Positions 1 through 8,827 of a stretch of 64,000 nucleotides of DNA are shown here, piece by piece (position 1 is the stretch's first letter; every line of letters starts with the position of its first letter). The position numbers were made by a program, and so were the translations under genes. Under the pieces are notes generated by a model. That model was not told where the DNA came from. It did no database searches and saw only the letters and a list, made by a program, of their open reading frames with translations. This DNA comes from an uncultured Armatimonadia bacterium (GTDB lineage: Bacteria > Armatimonadota > Zipacnadia > CAZGSV01). The stretch spans positions 156 to 64,155 of the forward strand of contig CAZGSV010000009.1 of the NCBI GenBank assembly GCA_964528605.1, written 5' to 3'.

Positions 1-1
1 C

Positions 2-181
2 AAGATCCTGGTCCTCAGCGGCCTCCTCACCGACATCTGCGTTTACTTCACCGCGGCCGACGCCTATATGCGCGACTACACTGTAGCGGTGCTGAAGGAC
101 GGCGTGGCCGCCCTGTCGCTTGAGGACCACCAGTGGGCGCTCCGTCAGATGGAGCGCCTCTTCAAGGCCGCGCTGGTGTGA
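2..181 (+). CDS. pncA: Isochorismatase-family hydrolase / nicotinamidase, C-terminal fragment (5' end lies outside the window)
   Basis: Frame 2 reads ...KILVLSGLLTDICVYFTAADAYMRDYTVAVLKDGVAALSLEDHQWALRQMERLFKAALV* with stop TGA at 179-181. The G..TDICV block is the catalytic-Cys region of isochorismatase/nicotinamidase. It lies immediately upstream of pncB. Confidence 0.55.
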   Translation, partial: KILVLSGLLTDICVYFTAADAYMRDYTVAVLKDGVAALSLEDHQWALRQMERLFKAALV

Positions 182-221
182 GCCCCCCTCCGTCGCCCCT
201 ATCCCGGATTCCTTTCGCGAG

Positions 222-1385
222 GTGAAGAGCGTGCCATTGCATATCGCCGATGAGGCGGCCATCAAGTCAGGCAAGACCACCGACGTCTACTTCGAGCGCA
301 CCGCGCAAATCCTCCGCGCGCGCAACATCCACAAGCAAGTCGTCATGGAGGTCCGCGCCGGCAGCCTGCCCAGCGATTACCAGTGGGCAGTCCTGGCAGG
401 CATCGAAGAAGTCGCCACCCTCCTCACCGGCCTGCCGGTGACTGCTTACGCCATGCCCGAGGGCGCCCTCTTCCATGCCGGCGAGCCCGTCCTCTGGGTG
501 CGCGGAGACTACCTCGACTTCGGGCGATTGGAGACGGCGCTGTTGGGCTGCCTGTGCCACGCCTCCGGCATCGCCACTAAGGCCGCGCGCTGTAAGCAGG
601 CGGCAGGCGACAGGCCCCTCCTCAGTTTCGGCGCGCGCCGCGCCCATCCCGCCATCGCCCCCATGGTCGAGCGCAATGCTTACATCGGCGGCTGCGATGG
701 CGTCGCCACCGTGGAAGCCGCGCGACTCTTGGGCGAGCCCCCCGTCGGCACCATGCCCCACGCGCTCACCCTCATCCTGGGTTCCGCCCGCGATGCCTTC
801 GCCGCCTTCGACGAGGTGATGGACCCCTCGGTGCCCAGGGTCTGCCTGGTGGACACCCTCTGCGACGAGAAGTTCGAGGCGCTGGTGGCTGCGGAACTGC
901 TCGGCGATCGCCTCAGCGCGGTCCGCCTCGACACCCCCGCCTCGCGCCGTGGCAATATCGTGCACATCGCCCAAGAGGTTCGTTGGGAACTGGCTCTGCG
1001 CGGCTACAAGAACGTGCGCATCTTCCTCAGCGGCGGAGTCAATGAGGAGGAGATCGCGCGCACCCGCGAAGTCATTGACGCCTACGGCGTGGGCACCGCT
1101 ATCAGCAACGCCCGCGTGATTGACTTCGCCATGGACATCGTCGAGCTGGACGGCAAGCCCTTCGCCAAGCGCGGCAAGGAAAGCGGCGTCAAGCAAGTGT
1201 TGCGCTGCCCTCTGTGCGGCGCGCGCAAAGTGGTGCCCTGGGGCACCGTCGAATCCCCCTGCGCCTGCCCTGCCGACCCCCAGCCGCTTCTTTCGCCCTT
1301 CATCGAGGACGGCCGCCTCGCGCGCACGCTCCCCAGCCCGCAGCAGACGCGCGCATACGTGCTCGAGCAACTCAAGCGCCTCTAG
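222..1385 (+). CDS. pncB: Nicotinate phosphoribosyltransferase, archaeal/Thermus-type (about 390 aa)
   Basis: Motifs TDVYFERT, GDYLDFG..ETALLG, ASGIATKA, RPLLSFGARRAHPAI, AYIGGCDGV, GTMPHAL, VRLDTP.SRRGN, EVRWELALRG, SGGV, GVGT.IS, DFAMDIVE.DGKP.AKRGK.SG.K.VLRC all match my recollection of the structurally characterised archaeal NAPRTase. Probable start is GTG 222 (or 231); the ORF-track start at 120 is likely too far upstream. Confidence 0.85.
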   Translation: MKSVPLHIADEAAIKSGKTTDVYFERTAQILRARNIHKQVVMEVRAGSLPSDYQWAVLAGIEEVATLLTGLPVTAYAMPEGALFHAGEPVLWVRGDYLDFGRLETALLGCLCHASGIATKAARCKQAAGDRPLLSFGARRAHPAIAPMVERNAYIGGCDGVATVEAARLLGEPPVGTMPHALTLILGSARDAFAAFDEVMDPSVPRVCLVDTLCDEKFEALVAAELLGDRLSAVRLDTPASRRGNIVHIAQEVRWELALRGYKNVRIFLSGGVNEEEIARTREVIDAYGVGTAISNARVIDFAMDIVELDGKPFAKRGKESGVKQVLRCPLCGARKVVPWGTVESPCACPADPQPLLSPFIEDGRLARTLPSPQQTRAYVLEQLKRL

Positions 1386-1418
1386 TCCCCCCCCCCGCCG
1401 ACAGGTCGCGCCGCGCCG

Positions 1419-3065
1419 CTACCCGGCCCAGCGGCGCGTCTTGGCGGTCACCGTGCCCAGTATGTCCGGCTCTGATTGCACCAGTCTGCGCGCCGCGCCT
1501 CCAAGCAGCGCCCAGTAGATCACTCCCGAATAGGCCGCCGCCAGCGGCAGCGTCAACACCAGGTACACGCCGTGGGGCAGCAGGAAGCCCAACAGCACCA
1601 GCAGCAGCGCCGGCGTCGCCAGCAGTGCCGCCACCGCCATCCCCAGCACGTGGATGAGACCGATGATCCACATGGACAGGAACCCCATCTGGTACGGATT
1701 CTCTCCCCGCTTGGGGGTGCGGAACGGAAACTCAATGGCCCAGTAGTTGGCAATCGCCAGTATCGCCGGCACCGCGACCAGCAGCCCCACCAGCCCCCCC
1801 ACCGCGAACCTCCAACTCCCCCCCACCAATGCCGCCAGCAGCACCACCGGCCCTACCACCGCCAGCACCAGCGCCGTATCAGCCAGGTTCTTCCCCGCCA
1901 GCACCAGCCGCCGGTCCGCCGGCTGCATGAACGTGGCTGCCAGGCTCCCCCGCTCCATGCCAAAGGTGTTGAAGAAGACTGACCCGCCTATGATGGTCGC
2001 CAGCGGCACCGCCATGCCCGCCGCCGCCAGACGTACGCCTTCCCCCGCCGCGAACCGCGCCATCAGCAGGATCGGCAGCACCGCCAGCGGCGTCGTCACC
2101 ATCGCGGTGCGCACCTGCGCATCGCGAAAGAGGCACCGCAACTCCTTCCCCGCCATGCTCACCACCGTCGGGCCCAGTCGGCGGTAGAGGAAGCCGCTCC
2201 TGCGCCCCCAGCGCGGCGCCCTCTTCGCCCTGGCAGCGCCACCCGCTTGCGCGCCCAGGCCGATCAGCCATCCGTGCAGCAACAGGGCGCAAACGCACCC
2301 GCCCGCCAGCAGCCCGAAATGCGCCGCCGCGGACCCTACCTTACCCCCGACCGCCGCCCGGATGCTCTCCGCCGCCCAGCCCGGAGGCACCCACCGCAGC
2401 CACTGCGACCACGGCACCGCCAGCACCTGCGAGAGGCCGAAATGGTGCCCTTGCACGACCGTCGTGCGTACGAACGAGAGGTAGAGCAACACTGCCGGCG
2501 CCGCCCCCAGCACCGACAGCCACCACATCGCCCGCCGCCCGCCCGCCCCGGCCCGATACAGCAGCATCGCCACGGCGCACGAAAGCGTCAGCGCGCAGAA
2601 CGTCAGCGCTACCAGTACCATCAGCGCCCACCACCACCACCACCCCGCATACGCCGTCAGTATCGGCAGGTAGACCGGCACCAACGCCAGCGTCGTCGCG
2701 TCCAGAATCGTGGACAAACTCACCATGAACGCTACCCTCTGACTGCCCAAGGGCAGCAGCCGCATCGGGCGCACGTCCACCGTTCGCTGCAACGTGGTGC
2801 TGTAAATCGGAAACAGAACCCACAGCAGGAACGTGCCCCCCAGCGTCAGGTGCAGTAGGTTGTCGCGCGCCGGGCCCGCCAGCGACCGGTAACTGGTGTA
2901 TGTCCCAATCCCCACCGAGAGCGCAAACGGAAGCACAAAGGCCAGCAGACCAATCCCGGTCACCAACGCGATAGACGGCCGCGCGCGCACCGAGTTGACC
3001 CACATGCGCCAGCGGGCCGCGGTCAGCGCCGCGAACTGCCGCCTGAAGCCGTTGCCCCCATTCAC
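1419..3065 (-). CDS. Polytopic ABC-exporter permease (ABC-2-like), about 549 aa
   Basis: Many predicted TM helices, including an unusual WWWWW run. GTG start at 3065 forms a GTGA overlap with the stop of the upstream ATPase gene, indicating translational coupling. Confidence 0.5.
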   Translation of the reverse strand: MNGGNGFRRQFAALTAARWRMWVNSVRARPSIALVTGIGLLAFVLPFALSVGIGTYTSYRSLAGPARDNLLHLTLGGTFLLWVLFPIYSTTLQRTVDVRPMRLLPLGSQRVAFMVSLSTILDATTLALVPVYLPILTAYAGWWWWWALMVLVALTFCALTLSCAVAMLLYRAGAGGRRAMWWLSVLGAAPAVLLYLSFVRTTVVQGHHFGLSQVLAVPWSQWLRWVPPGWAAESIRAAVGGKVGSAAAHFGLLAGGCVCALLLHGWLIGLGAQAGGAARAKRAPRWGRRSGFLYRRLGPTVVSMAGKELRCLFRDAQVRTAMVTTPLAVLPILLMARFAAGEGVRLAAAGMAVPLATIIGGSVFFNTFGMERGSLAATFMQPADRRLVLAGKNLADTALVLAVVGPVVLLAALVGGSWRFAVGGLVGLLVAVPAILAIANYWAIEFPFRTPKRGENPYQMGFLSMWIIGLIHVLGMAVAALLATPALLLVLLGFLLPHGVYLVLTLPLAAAYSGVIYWALLGGAARRLVQSEPDILGTVTAKTRRWAG

Positions 3066-3880
3066 CGCGGCGGCTCCCCCTCCAGCAGCCAATCTAAGTC
3101 CTGCCGCGCTTGCCCGCCGCCGACCACGCGCAAGAACACGTCCTCTAGCGAGGCCTCCTCGCCCAGGCCGACACCGGCGCGCAGCCCCTCGGGCGAGTCG
3201 CAAGCCACTAAGCGCCCCTTATGAATGATGGCCACCCGCGAGCACAGCCGCTCCGTCACCTCCAGCACGTGCGACGAGAAAAACACGGTCGCCCCCCGCC
3301 GCGTCAGGTCCAGGAGCAAGTCCTTGATCGAGCGCGAACTGATCGGGTCCACCCCGTTGAAAGGCTCGTCCAGCAGCAGCACCTGCGGCCTGTGCATCAG
3401 CGCCGCCGCCAGCCCAATCTTCTTCCGCATCCCCGCCGAATACTCGCCTATCGGCTGGCCCTCCGCCTCCGTCAGCAAAAGGAAGGCCAGTAGCCGTTGC
3501 GCCCGCTCGTCGGCCTCCTCACGGCTCAGGCCGCGCATGCCGCCCACGAACTGCAGGAACTCCGCTCCCGTCAGTTCCTCGTAGACCGCCGGCTCCTCCT
3601 GGAGAACCCCAATCCGCGCCTTGACCTCCGCCGGCTCGCGTTGGGGATCGAAGCCGGCCACTTGTGCGGACCCCTGCGTCGGACGCAGCAGCCCGCACAG
3701 CAGGTTGATAGTGGTCGTCTTGCCGGCGCCGTTGGGCCCGATGAAACCGAAAAACTCCCCCGCCGCCACCCGCAAATCCACTCTGTCCACCGCTCGCAGG
3801 CCGTCGAACTCCTTGCTCAGCCCGCTGGTGACGATGTTCCAGTTGCCGGCTTGCGCTGCGCCGGTGCCCGATTCTTCCAC
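3062..3880 (-). CDS. ABC transporter ATP-binding protein
   Basis: Walker A GPNGAGKTT, ABC signature SGGMRKKIGLA, Walker B LLLDEPFNGVDP. The start codon is GTG. Confidence 0.85.
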   Translation of the reverse strand: MEESGTGAAQAGNWNIVTSGLSKEFDGLRAVDRVDLRVAAGEFFGFIGPNGAGKTTTINLLCGLLRPTQGSAQVAGFDPQREPAEVKARIGVLQEEPAVYEELTGAEFLQFVGGMRGLSREEADERAQRLLAFLLLTEAEGQPIGEYSAGMRKKIGLAAALMHRPQVLLLDEPFNGVDPISSRSIKDLLLDLTRRGATVFFSSHVLEVTERLCSRVAIIHKGRLVACDSPEGLRAGVGLGEEASLEDVFLRVVGGGQARQDLDWLLEGEPPR

Positions 3881-3954
3881 GCCCGCGATTGTAGAGAGCG
3901 GAGTGCGCCGCGGTCAAAGGGCCGCCCGCTGTCGCGCACAATCCCGACCAGAGT

Positions 3955-5274
3955 CTACTGCGCGCTCACAATCTGCGCCGCCGACACCCGCACCGTTGGC
4001 ATTATCGCGCCCGGCTCCTCGCGATAGTCCGAGGAGATCGCGTCCACGTTCTTCAGCAGATCGAGGATGTTCATCGCGATCATCGTGTTCTGCACCGGGT
4101 ACGCCAGTTCCCCGCGCTCAATCTTGAACCCGAAGTCAACGACCGAGGAGATCTCGCCGTTGACATAGTTCGGCGAAACCCCGCCCATGTTCACGTAAAT
4201 GCCCGAGTCCGTCTCCTTGATGATCTCAGCCGCCGTCTTTTTGCCCAGCGCCGGAATGATGTTCGTGGGCGCGATGCCGCCGTTGGAGGCGTGGCCCGTG
4301 TTCGGCTCGTGCGCCTTGTTGGCCGTGTAGGAATTGTGGAAGTAGGTCAGCAGCACGCCCTCGCGCACCACCTCCAGCGGCCGGTGCGGGAAACCCTCGC
4401 CGTCAAAGGGCGCCGACCCCAGCCCGCGCGGAATCAGCGGCTCATCCCTTAGGCTTACCACCGCCGAAGCAACCCGCTCCCCCCTCTTGCCCACCGCCCA
4501 CGAACGCTTCCTCTGTATGCTCTCCGCATTCGCCGCCCAGCACAAACTGCCGCCCAGGCTGCCGGAAGCCAATGGGCCGAAGATGACCGGCTCAATGCCC
4601 GTCACCACGGGCCGCGCCCCTAGCATCTGCACCGCCACCTCCGCCGCCTTCGTTCCCACCCCCGCAGGCTGGAAGTCCGCCATCACCCGCGCCACATCGT
4701 AATCGAAGAAGGAGCCTACCTCATCGCCCCGCTTCACGATGACGAACGCTCCCACGCTCACGCTGCACCAACGCCCGGTCGCCTCCACGCCCAGAGAGTT
4801 CACCAGCGCGTACTCCTGCCACGAACGATCCGCGCCGCCGTTGACCACGGCCTCCGAATACACCGCGCGTGCTTCCTCCACTGCATCCAAGGCGCAACGC
4901 ATGACCTCGCCCGCGCTCATGCCCGCCACCGCCTCGTCGAACAGGCCTTCGACCTCTGGACAGGGCGCCGGCGAGACCAGGGTCACGAAGTCCGGGTCCG
5001 GCGCGGCCGCCCTCGACATCGCCGCCGCCTCCGCCGCCGCCTGCGTTACCGCCGCCTCGGTCAGCGAGTTGCTCGAGGCTGTGCCTTTGCCACCCCGGTA
5101 GAAGCAGCGCAGGCTCACGCCGCCCCCCTGGTGGGCGGTCGCGGTCTTAACCTTGCCCTTCTCCAGTTCCACGGCCACGCTCTCGCCCCGGTAGGTGTGC
5201 ACCTCAACCTGCTCCGCGCCCTCGCGCAGAGCCTTCTCCCGCGCCAGATGCGCGAGACGCAATAGGTCTTCCAT
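3955..5274 (-). CDS. pmbA: TldD/PmbA-family metallopeptidase (PmbA/TldE)
   Basis: MEDLLRLAHLAREKALREGAEQVEVH... has TldD/PmbA-fold conservation. ATG 5274 is preceded by GGAGG 6 nt upstream. It sits directly downstream of tldD. Confidence 0.75.
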   Translation of the reverse strand: MEDLLRLAHLAREKALREGAEQVEVHTYRGESVAVELEKGKVKTATAHQGGGVSLRCFYRGGKGTASSNSLTEAAVTQAAAEAAAMSRAAAPDPDFVTLVSPAPCPEVEGLFDEAVAGMSAGEVMRCALDAVEEARAVYSEAVVNGGADRSWQEYALVNSLGVEATGRWCSVSVGAFVIVKRGDEVGSFFDYDVARVMADFQPAGVGTKAAEVAVQMLGARPVVTGIEPVIFGPLASGSLGGSLCWAANAESIQRKRSWAVGKRGERVASAVVSLRDEPLIPRGLGSAPFDGEGFPHRPLEVVREGVLLTYFHNSYTANKAHEPNTGHASNGGIAPTNIIPALGKKTAAEIIKETDSGIYVNMGGVSPNYVNGEISSVVDFGFKIERGELAYPVQNTMIAMNILDLLKNVDAISSDYREEPGAIMPTVRVSAAQIVSAQ

Positions 5275-5361
5275 ACTGTCCTCCTCTTGCCCTTGGGCGG
5301 CCCCGCCGGCCTTAGACCGCCAACGGCAGTGCCCGACGCCCACTCGCCGCCGGCCGCGCCG

Positions 5362-6771
5362 CTAGCCCCCACCGGCCTCCTGGCCTCCTACCACCAGTTG
5401 GCGAACCTTCAAGTAGGGGCCGCCACCGTTCACCGGCGCTCCCTGGCCGTTCTTGCCGCAGGTGCCCGGGAACTCCAACACGAAGTCGCGGCTCAGCCCC
5501 ACCATATCCTCCAGCGTCTGCAGCGTCATCCCGGAAATGGACACGTCGCGAACGCGCTCAGCCACCTGACCGTCGCGGATCATGAACGCCTCGCCCGCGT
5601 GCCCGGTGAACTGCCCCCGCTCGCAGAACACGTAGCCCCACTCGCCGCCGCACAGCAGCACCCCGACCTCAATGTCCGCAATAAGGTCCTCGAACGAGAT
5701 GGCGCCGGGCTCGATGTAGGTGTTGCTCATCCGCACGATGGGAACGCTCCCGTAGCCGTCCGCCCGCGCGCTTCCATTAGGCGCCACCCCCATCCTCCCC
5801 GCCGTCTCCAGGCTGTGCATGTAGCCCTTCAGCATGCCCTTCTCCACTATCACCCGCCTCTGCGAGGGTGTGCCCTCGGAGTCATACGCGTACGAGCCCC
5901 AAGAGCCCGGCACGGTCCCGTCGTCTACTATCGTCACACACTCGGCCCCGATCTTCTGCCCCATCTTCCCCTCAATGATCGAGCCGCCCTCCAATACGAT
6001 GTCCGCCTCCGCGTTGTGCCCCAAAGCCTCGTGCACGAACAGCCCGGTAAAGGTCGGATCCATGACCACCGGAAACACTCCCGCCGGCGCCCGCTTCGCA
6101 GCCAGCAAGGCCAGCGCCCTATCTGCGGCCGCCAGCGCGAACGCCTCCGTCGAGATGGACTCGGCCAACTCGAAGCCGGCCAGCGCGCCCTTCCGCTCCC
6201 GCGCCACCTGCCGCGTCTGCCCGTCAGCCGCTACTACCATCCCGCTCACCATCACCCTGGTCGCCGTCTGCGTCACCAGGGTTCCAAAAGTGTTGCAGAT
6301 CGTCTCTTTGAACGACCCCTCCGAGTAACTAAAAACCGTGTTGGCAACCTTGTCTCCCGCCCTGGCCCGCGCGGCGCCCTCCAGCCCCGAGATCAAAGCC
6401 ACTTTCCTCTCCAGCGGCACGGATGCAGGCGGCACCGCCACACTGGTAGCCGCCTCCGCGCGCACGGGTTCGACCCGCGCCACCACCGCTTCCTGCGACG
6501 CGTGCGCCGCAGCCTCCTTCGCCATCTGCAACGCCTGCTCCAGGCAAGTGGCCGCCCTCTCACGGTCCGGCCAGTTGGCCGAGCCGAAACCCCAGGCACC
6601 GTTGAACAGCACCCGCACGCCCATGCCCTCCCCATATCCAGAGCCCAGACTGTCCGCCCTACCGTCCTGAACCGTTATCCCGGCGCCGGAGCGCACCACG
6701 TAACGAGCGTCCGCAAACTGAACGCCGCGGGCCCCTGCCTGGTCCCGCAGCCATTCCAGCAACTCCCTCAT
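5362..6771 (-). CDS. tldD: TldD metallopeptidase
   Basis: 469 aa with TldD-family blocks (GYGEGMGVRVL, HEALGHNAEAD, PNGSARADGYGS). ATG 6771 has GGAGG 9 nt upstream. Confidence 0.8.
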   Translation of the reverse strand: MRELLEWLRDQAGARGVQFADARYVVRSGAGITVQDGRADSLGSGYGEGMGVRVLFNGAWGFGSANWPDRERAATCLEQALQMAKEAAAHASQEAVVARVEPVRAEAATSVAVPPASVPLERKVALISGLEGAARARAGDKVANTVFSYSEGSFKETICNTFGTLVTQTATRVMVSGMVVAADGQTRQVARERKGALAGFELAESISTEAFALAAADRALALLAAKRAPAGVFPVVMDPTFTGLFVHEALGHNAEADIVLEGGSIIEGKMGQKIGAECVTIVDDGTVPGSWGSYAYDSEGTPSQRRVIVEKGMLKGYMHSLETAGRMGVAPNGSARADGYGSVPIVRMSNTYIEPGAISFEDLIADIEVGVLLCGGEWGYVFCERGQFTGHAGEAFMIRDGQVAERVRDVSISGMTLQTLEDMVGLSRDFVLEFPGTCGKNGQGAPVNGGGPYLKVRQLVVGGQEAGGG

Positions 6772-6783
6772 AGCCCGAGCCTC

Positions 6784-7563
6784 CTACGCTTGGCCGCGAA
6801 CGATCTTCCCCAGCCTTACCACCAGAGCCACCGACACCCCACCCATTATGGCAAGCGCCAACAGCGGATGCAGCCCCCCCGCCAGCACCGACAGCGCCGC
6901 CACCGGCACCACCATCAGCCCCGCGGACCACCGCGGCCTTCCCAAGTAAGTGAGGCCCACGCGCTCAGAGACGAACCCGAAGCCGGCAACGCTGCCCCCG
7001 CACTTCTTGCACAGCATGGCGCCCGCCGGATTCATGCTGCCGCACACGCGACAGCGCACCTCCCCCCCCTGAGAAGCCCGCAGCGCCTGCCCCGCCTCCC
7101 TCAATCTGCTTTCGTAATACGGCTGCGGCGACAGCCTCGTTGCCTCACCGAACTGCCTCAAGGCCTCTTCCGCGTTGCCCATGCGCAGATACAGTTCGCC
7201 CATATACGCCTTCGCGGCCGCGTTGCTGGGATCCCGGCGGGCCGCGGCCTCTGCCCGCTGCAATTCCCTCTCCATCACCGGCCGGTCGCTAATCCGAGCA
7301 ATCCGATTGCACGTCACCACGACGTAGACCGCCGCTAGCACCAGGTACACCAGCAGGACCAGGCCCGCAGGTTCGCCCCAAAAAGCCTCAATCGCCGCCC
7401 AAATGCTGAACACTACCGTCAGCCCCAGCCCAAACTCCAGAGCCGTAATCCTGTGCCAGACCACTTCCCGGAGAAGTGCGTACAATGGCGGCGCGCTCAC
7501 CACCCCGACCGCCGCCCACAGCCACAAGGGATGCCAAACGACTCGCTCCACCCACCAGAACAT
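6784..7563 (-). CDS. Hypothetical membrane protein with a TPR-like segment and a C4 zinc ribbon
   Basis: N-terminal TM helices, YMGELYLRMGNAEEALRQF (TPR-like) and CRVCGSMNPAGAMLCKKCG. Confidence 0.4.
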   Translation of the reverse strand: MFWWVERVVWHPLWLWAAVGVVSAPPLYALLREVVWHRITALEFGLGLTVVFSIWAAIEAFWGEPAGLVLLVYLVLAAVYVVVTCNRIARISDRPVMERELQRAEAAARRDPSNAAAKAYMGELYLRMGNAEEALRQFGEATRLSPQPYYESRLREAGQALRASQGGEVRCRVCGSMNPAGAMLCKKCGGSVAGFGFVSERVGLTYLGRPRWSAGLMVVPVAALSVLAGGLHPLLALAIMGGVSVALVVRLGKIVRGQA

Positions 7564-7647
7564 TTCGGCCTCCTACCTTCGCTGCGCGCCCGGCGAGTCT
7601 AGGCGCGCCTCCCGGCCCCGTCAACGCACCCCAGCAGCCCCCTCTTG

Positions 7648-8652
7648 CTAGTCCTTCCCCTCAATCCAGGCGGGATGCGCCCTCACGTGCTTGATGTGCG
7701 TCCGCCGGCGGTAAGTGTAGGTCACGTGCACAAACCCGGCCCGGTCCTGAATGATACCCGGGTAGGAGTATCCGCCCTCCTCAGTCTCGATGTTCCGCTT
7801 CGCGTACCAAGTCTCGCAATCGTCCTTCGAGATTCCCAGCGTCAGCGGGGTTCGGTGCTCCTCGCTGTCGTTGAACGCCAGCACCACCCTACCGTCGGCC
7901 AGCTTGACCATGTCAATGGCCGCACCCGGCGAGGGTATCTCTGCATTCACCGCGCGCGACCACGTGCGCCCGTTGTTCTTGGAGTAACTCCTGCCCACCC
8001 TCGGCTCGTCGCCCGCCGGCCGCAGCAGCGCCACGATCACCCCGTCCCTCCGCTGAATCAACGTGGGCTGCTCGTTCTCAACACCCGCAATCGGAAACCC
8101 GTACTCCCACGTCTTTCCGCAGTCGGGCGAGATGAGAAAGCGCGACCTCTCGTCCCTGCACTCGAACCCGAAAATCACCTCGCCGTTGGCCAGCAAGATG
8201 GGCTTGGTGCGGAAAACGTCGCCCCACTCCTTGCGGATGAAGCGCTCCCGAGACCAAGTGCGTCCCTCGTCCTCGGAGACGCGGTACTTCTGATCCACCG
8301 TGTCCCAGCGCACGCCCGGGCCCCAGTGCCCCTCCAGCCGCCCGTGCATCGTCCCGTAGAACAGCCAGAGCCGCTGGTCCGGCATCACGTAGAGCACGCA
8401 GTTCCCTTCCGGCTTGCCCGGGGTATCGGCGACCGCCACCGGCTCCTCCCACTCCTTGGCCCCCGCCGGCTTGCGCGCGGTGAGAATGGCCACGTCCGCC
8501 GCCGCCTCGCCTTCTCCCGCATACCAGCAGCACAGCAGGTCGCCCGATGGCACCTCAACCACGCTCGAGCAGTGACAAGAGGGGAACCGCTCCGTGGGAA
8601 CACACACAAACTCGCTTTCGAACAGCGCCAAGCCACTCGCCTCCATGGACAC
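7648..8652 (-). CDS. BNR/Asp-box repeat protein, exo-alpha-sialidase (GH33)-like
   Basis: Four Asp-box repeats S.D.G.TW: SEDEGRTW, SPDCGKTW, SKNNGRTW, SKDDCETW. About 334 aa, the size of a single six-bladed propeller. Confidence 0.65.
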   Translation of the reverse strand: MSMEASGLALFESEFVCVPTERFPSCHCSSVVEVPSGDLLCCWYAGEGEAAADVAILTARKPAGAKEWEEPVAVADTPGKPEGNCVLYVMPDQRLWLFYGTMHGRLEGHWGPGVRWDTVDQKYRVSEDEGRTWSRERFIRKEWGDVFRTKPILLANGEVIFGFECRDERSRFLISPDCGKTWEYGFPIAGVENEQPTLIQRRDGVIVALLRPAGDEPRVGRSYSKNNGRTWSRAVNAEIPSPGAAIDMVKLADGRVVLAFNDSEEHRTPLTLGISKDDCETWYAKRNIETEEGGYSYPGIIQDRAGFVHVTYTYRRRTHIKHVRAHPAWIEGKD

Positions 8653-8827
8653 CGGCAGTCAGCGCAAACAGGCTATGGCGAGCATACCAGAACCGGCGTA
8701 CACGTCAACGTGCCCTCCCGCCAGGAGTTTGACTTGCCTCGCCCGCCTCGGCTACAAGGGGCCGAGAGGCGGGCACGCTGGGAGACCTGTGCTGGCATGG
8801 CGCGACAAAGAGAGGATGGGTGGCCCC

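Noticed and set aside
267-1370. 367-aa minus-strand ORF antisense to pncB (similar long antisense ORFs at 5287-7338, 7645-8892, 21760-22695, 40536-42092 and 43209-44276)
   Set aside because: Long spurious ORFs are expected on the antisense strand of roughly 70% GC genes. They lack motifs, while the sense strands carry clear family signatures.
2620-2640. WWWWW pentatryptophan run in the ABC permease
   Set aside because: Striking, but it lies within a predicted TM/interfacial segment. Probably a compositional quirk (TGG codons in high-GC DNA) rather than a functional motif; noted only.
1419-3203. ORF-track start of the permease at 3203, giving 594 aa
   Set aside because: That start would overlap the ATPase gene by 140 nt. 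The GTG at 3065 gives the classic GTGA stop-start overlap and removes an Arg/Gly-rich non-membrane leader.
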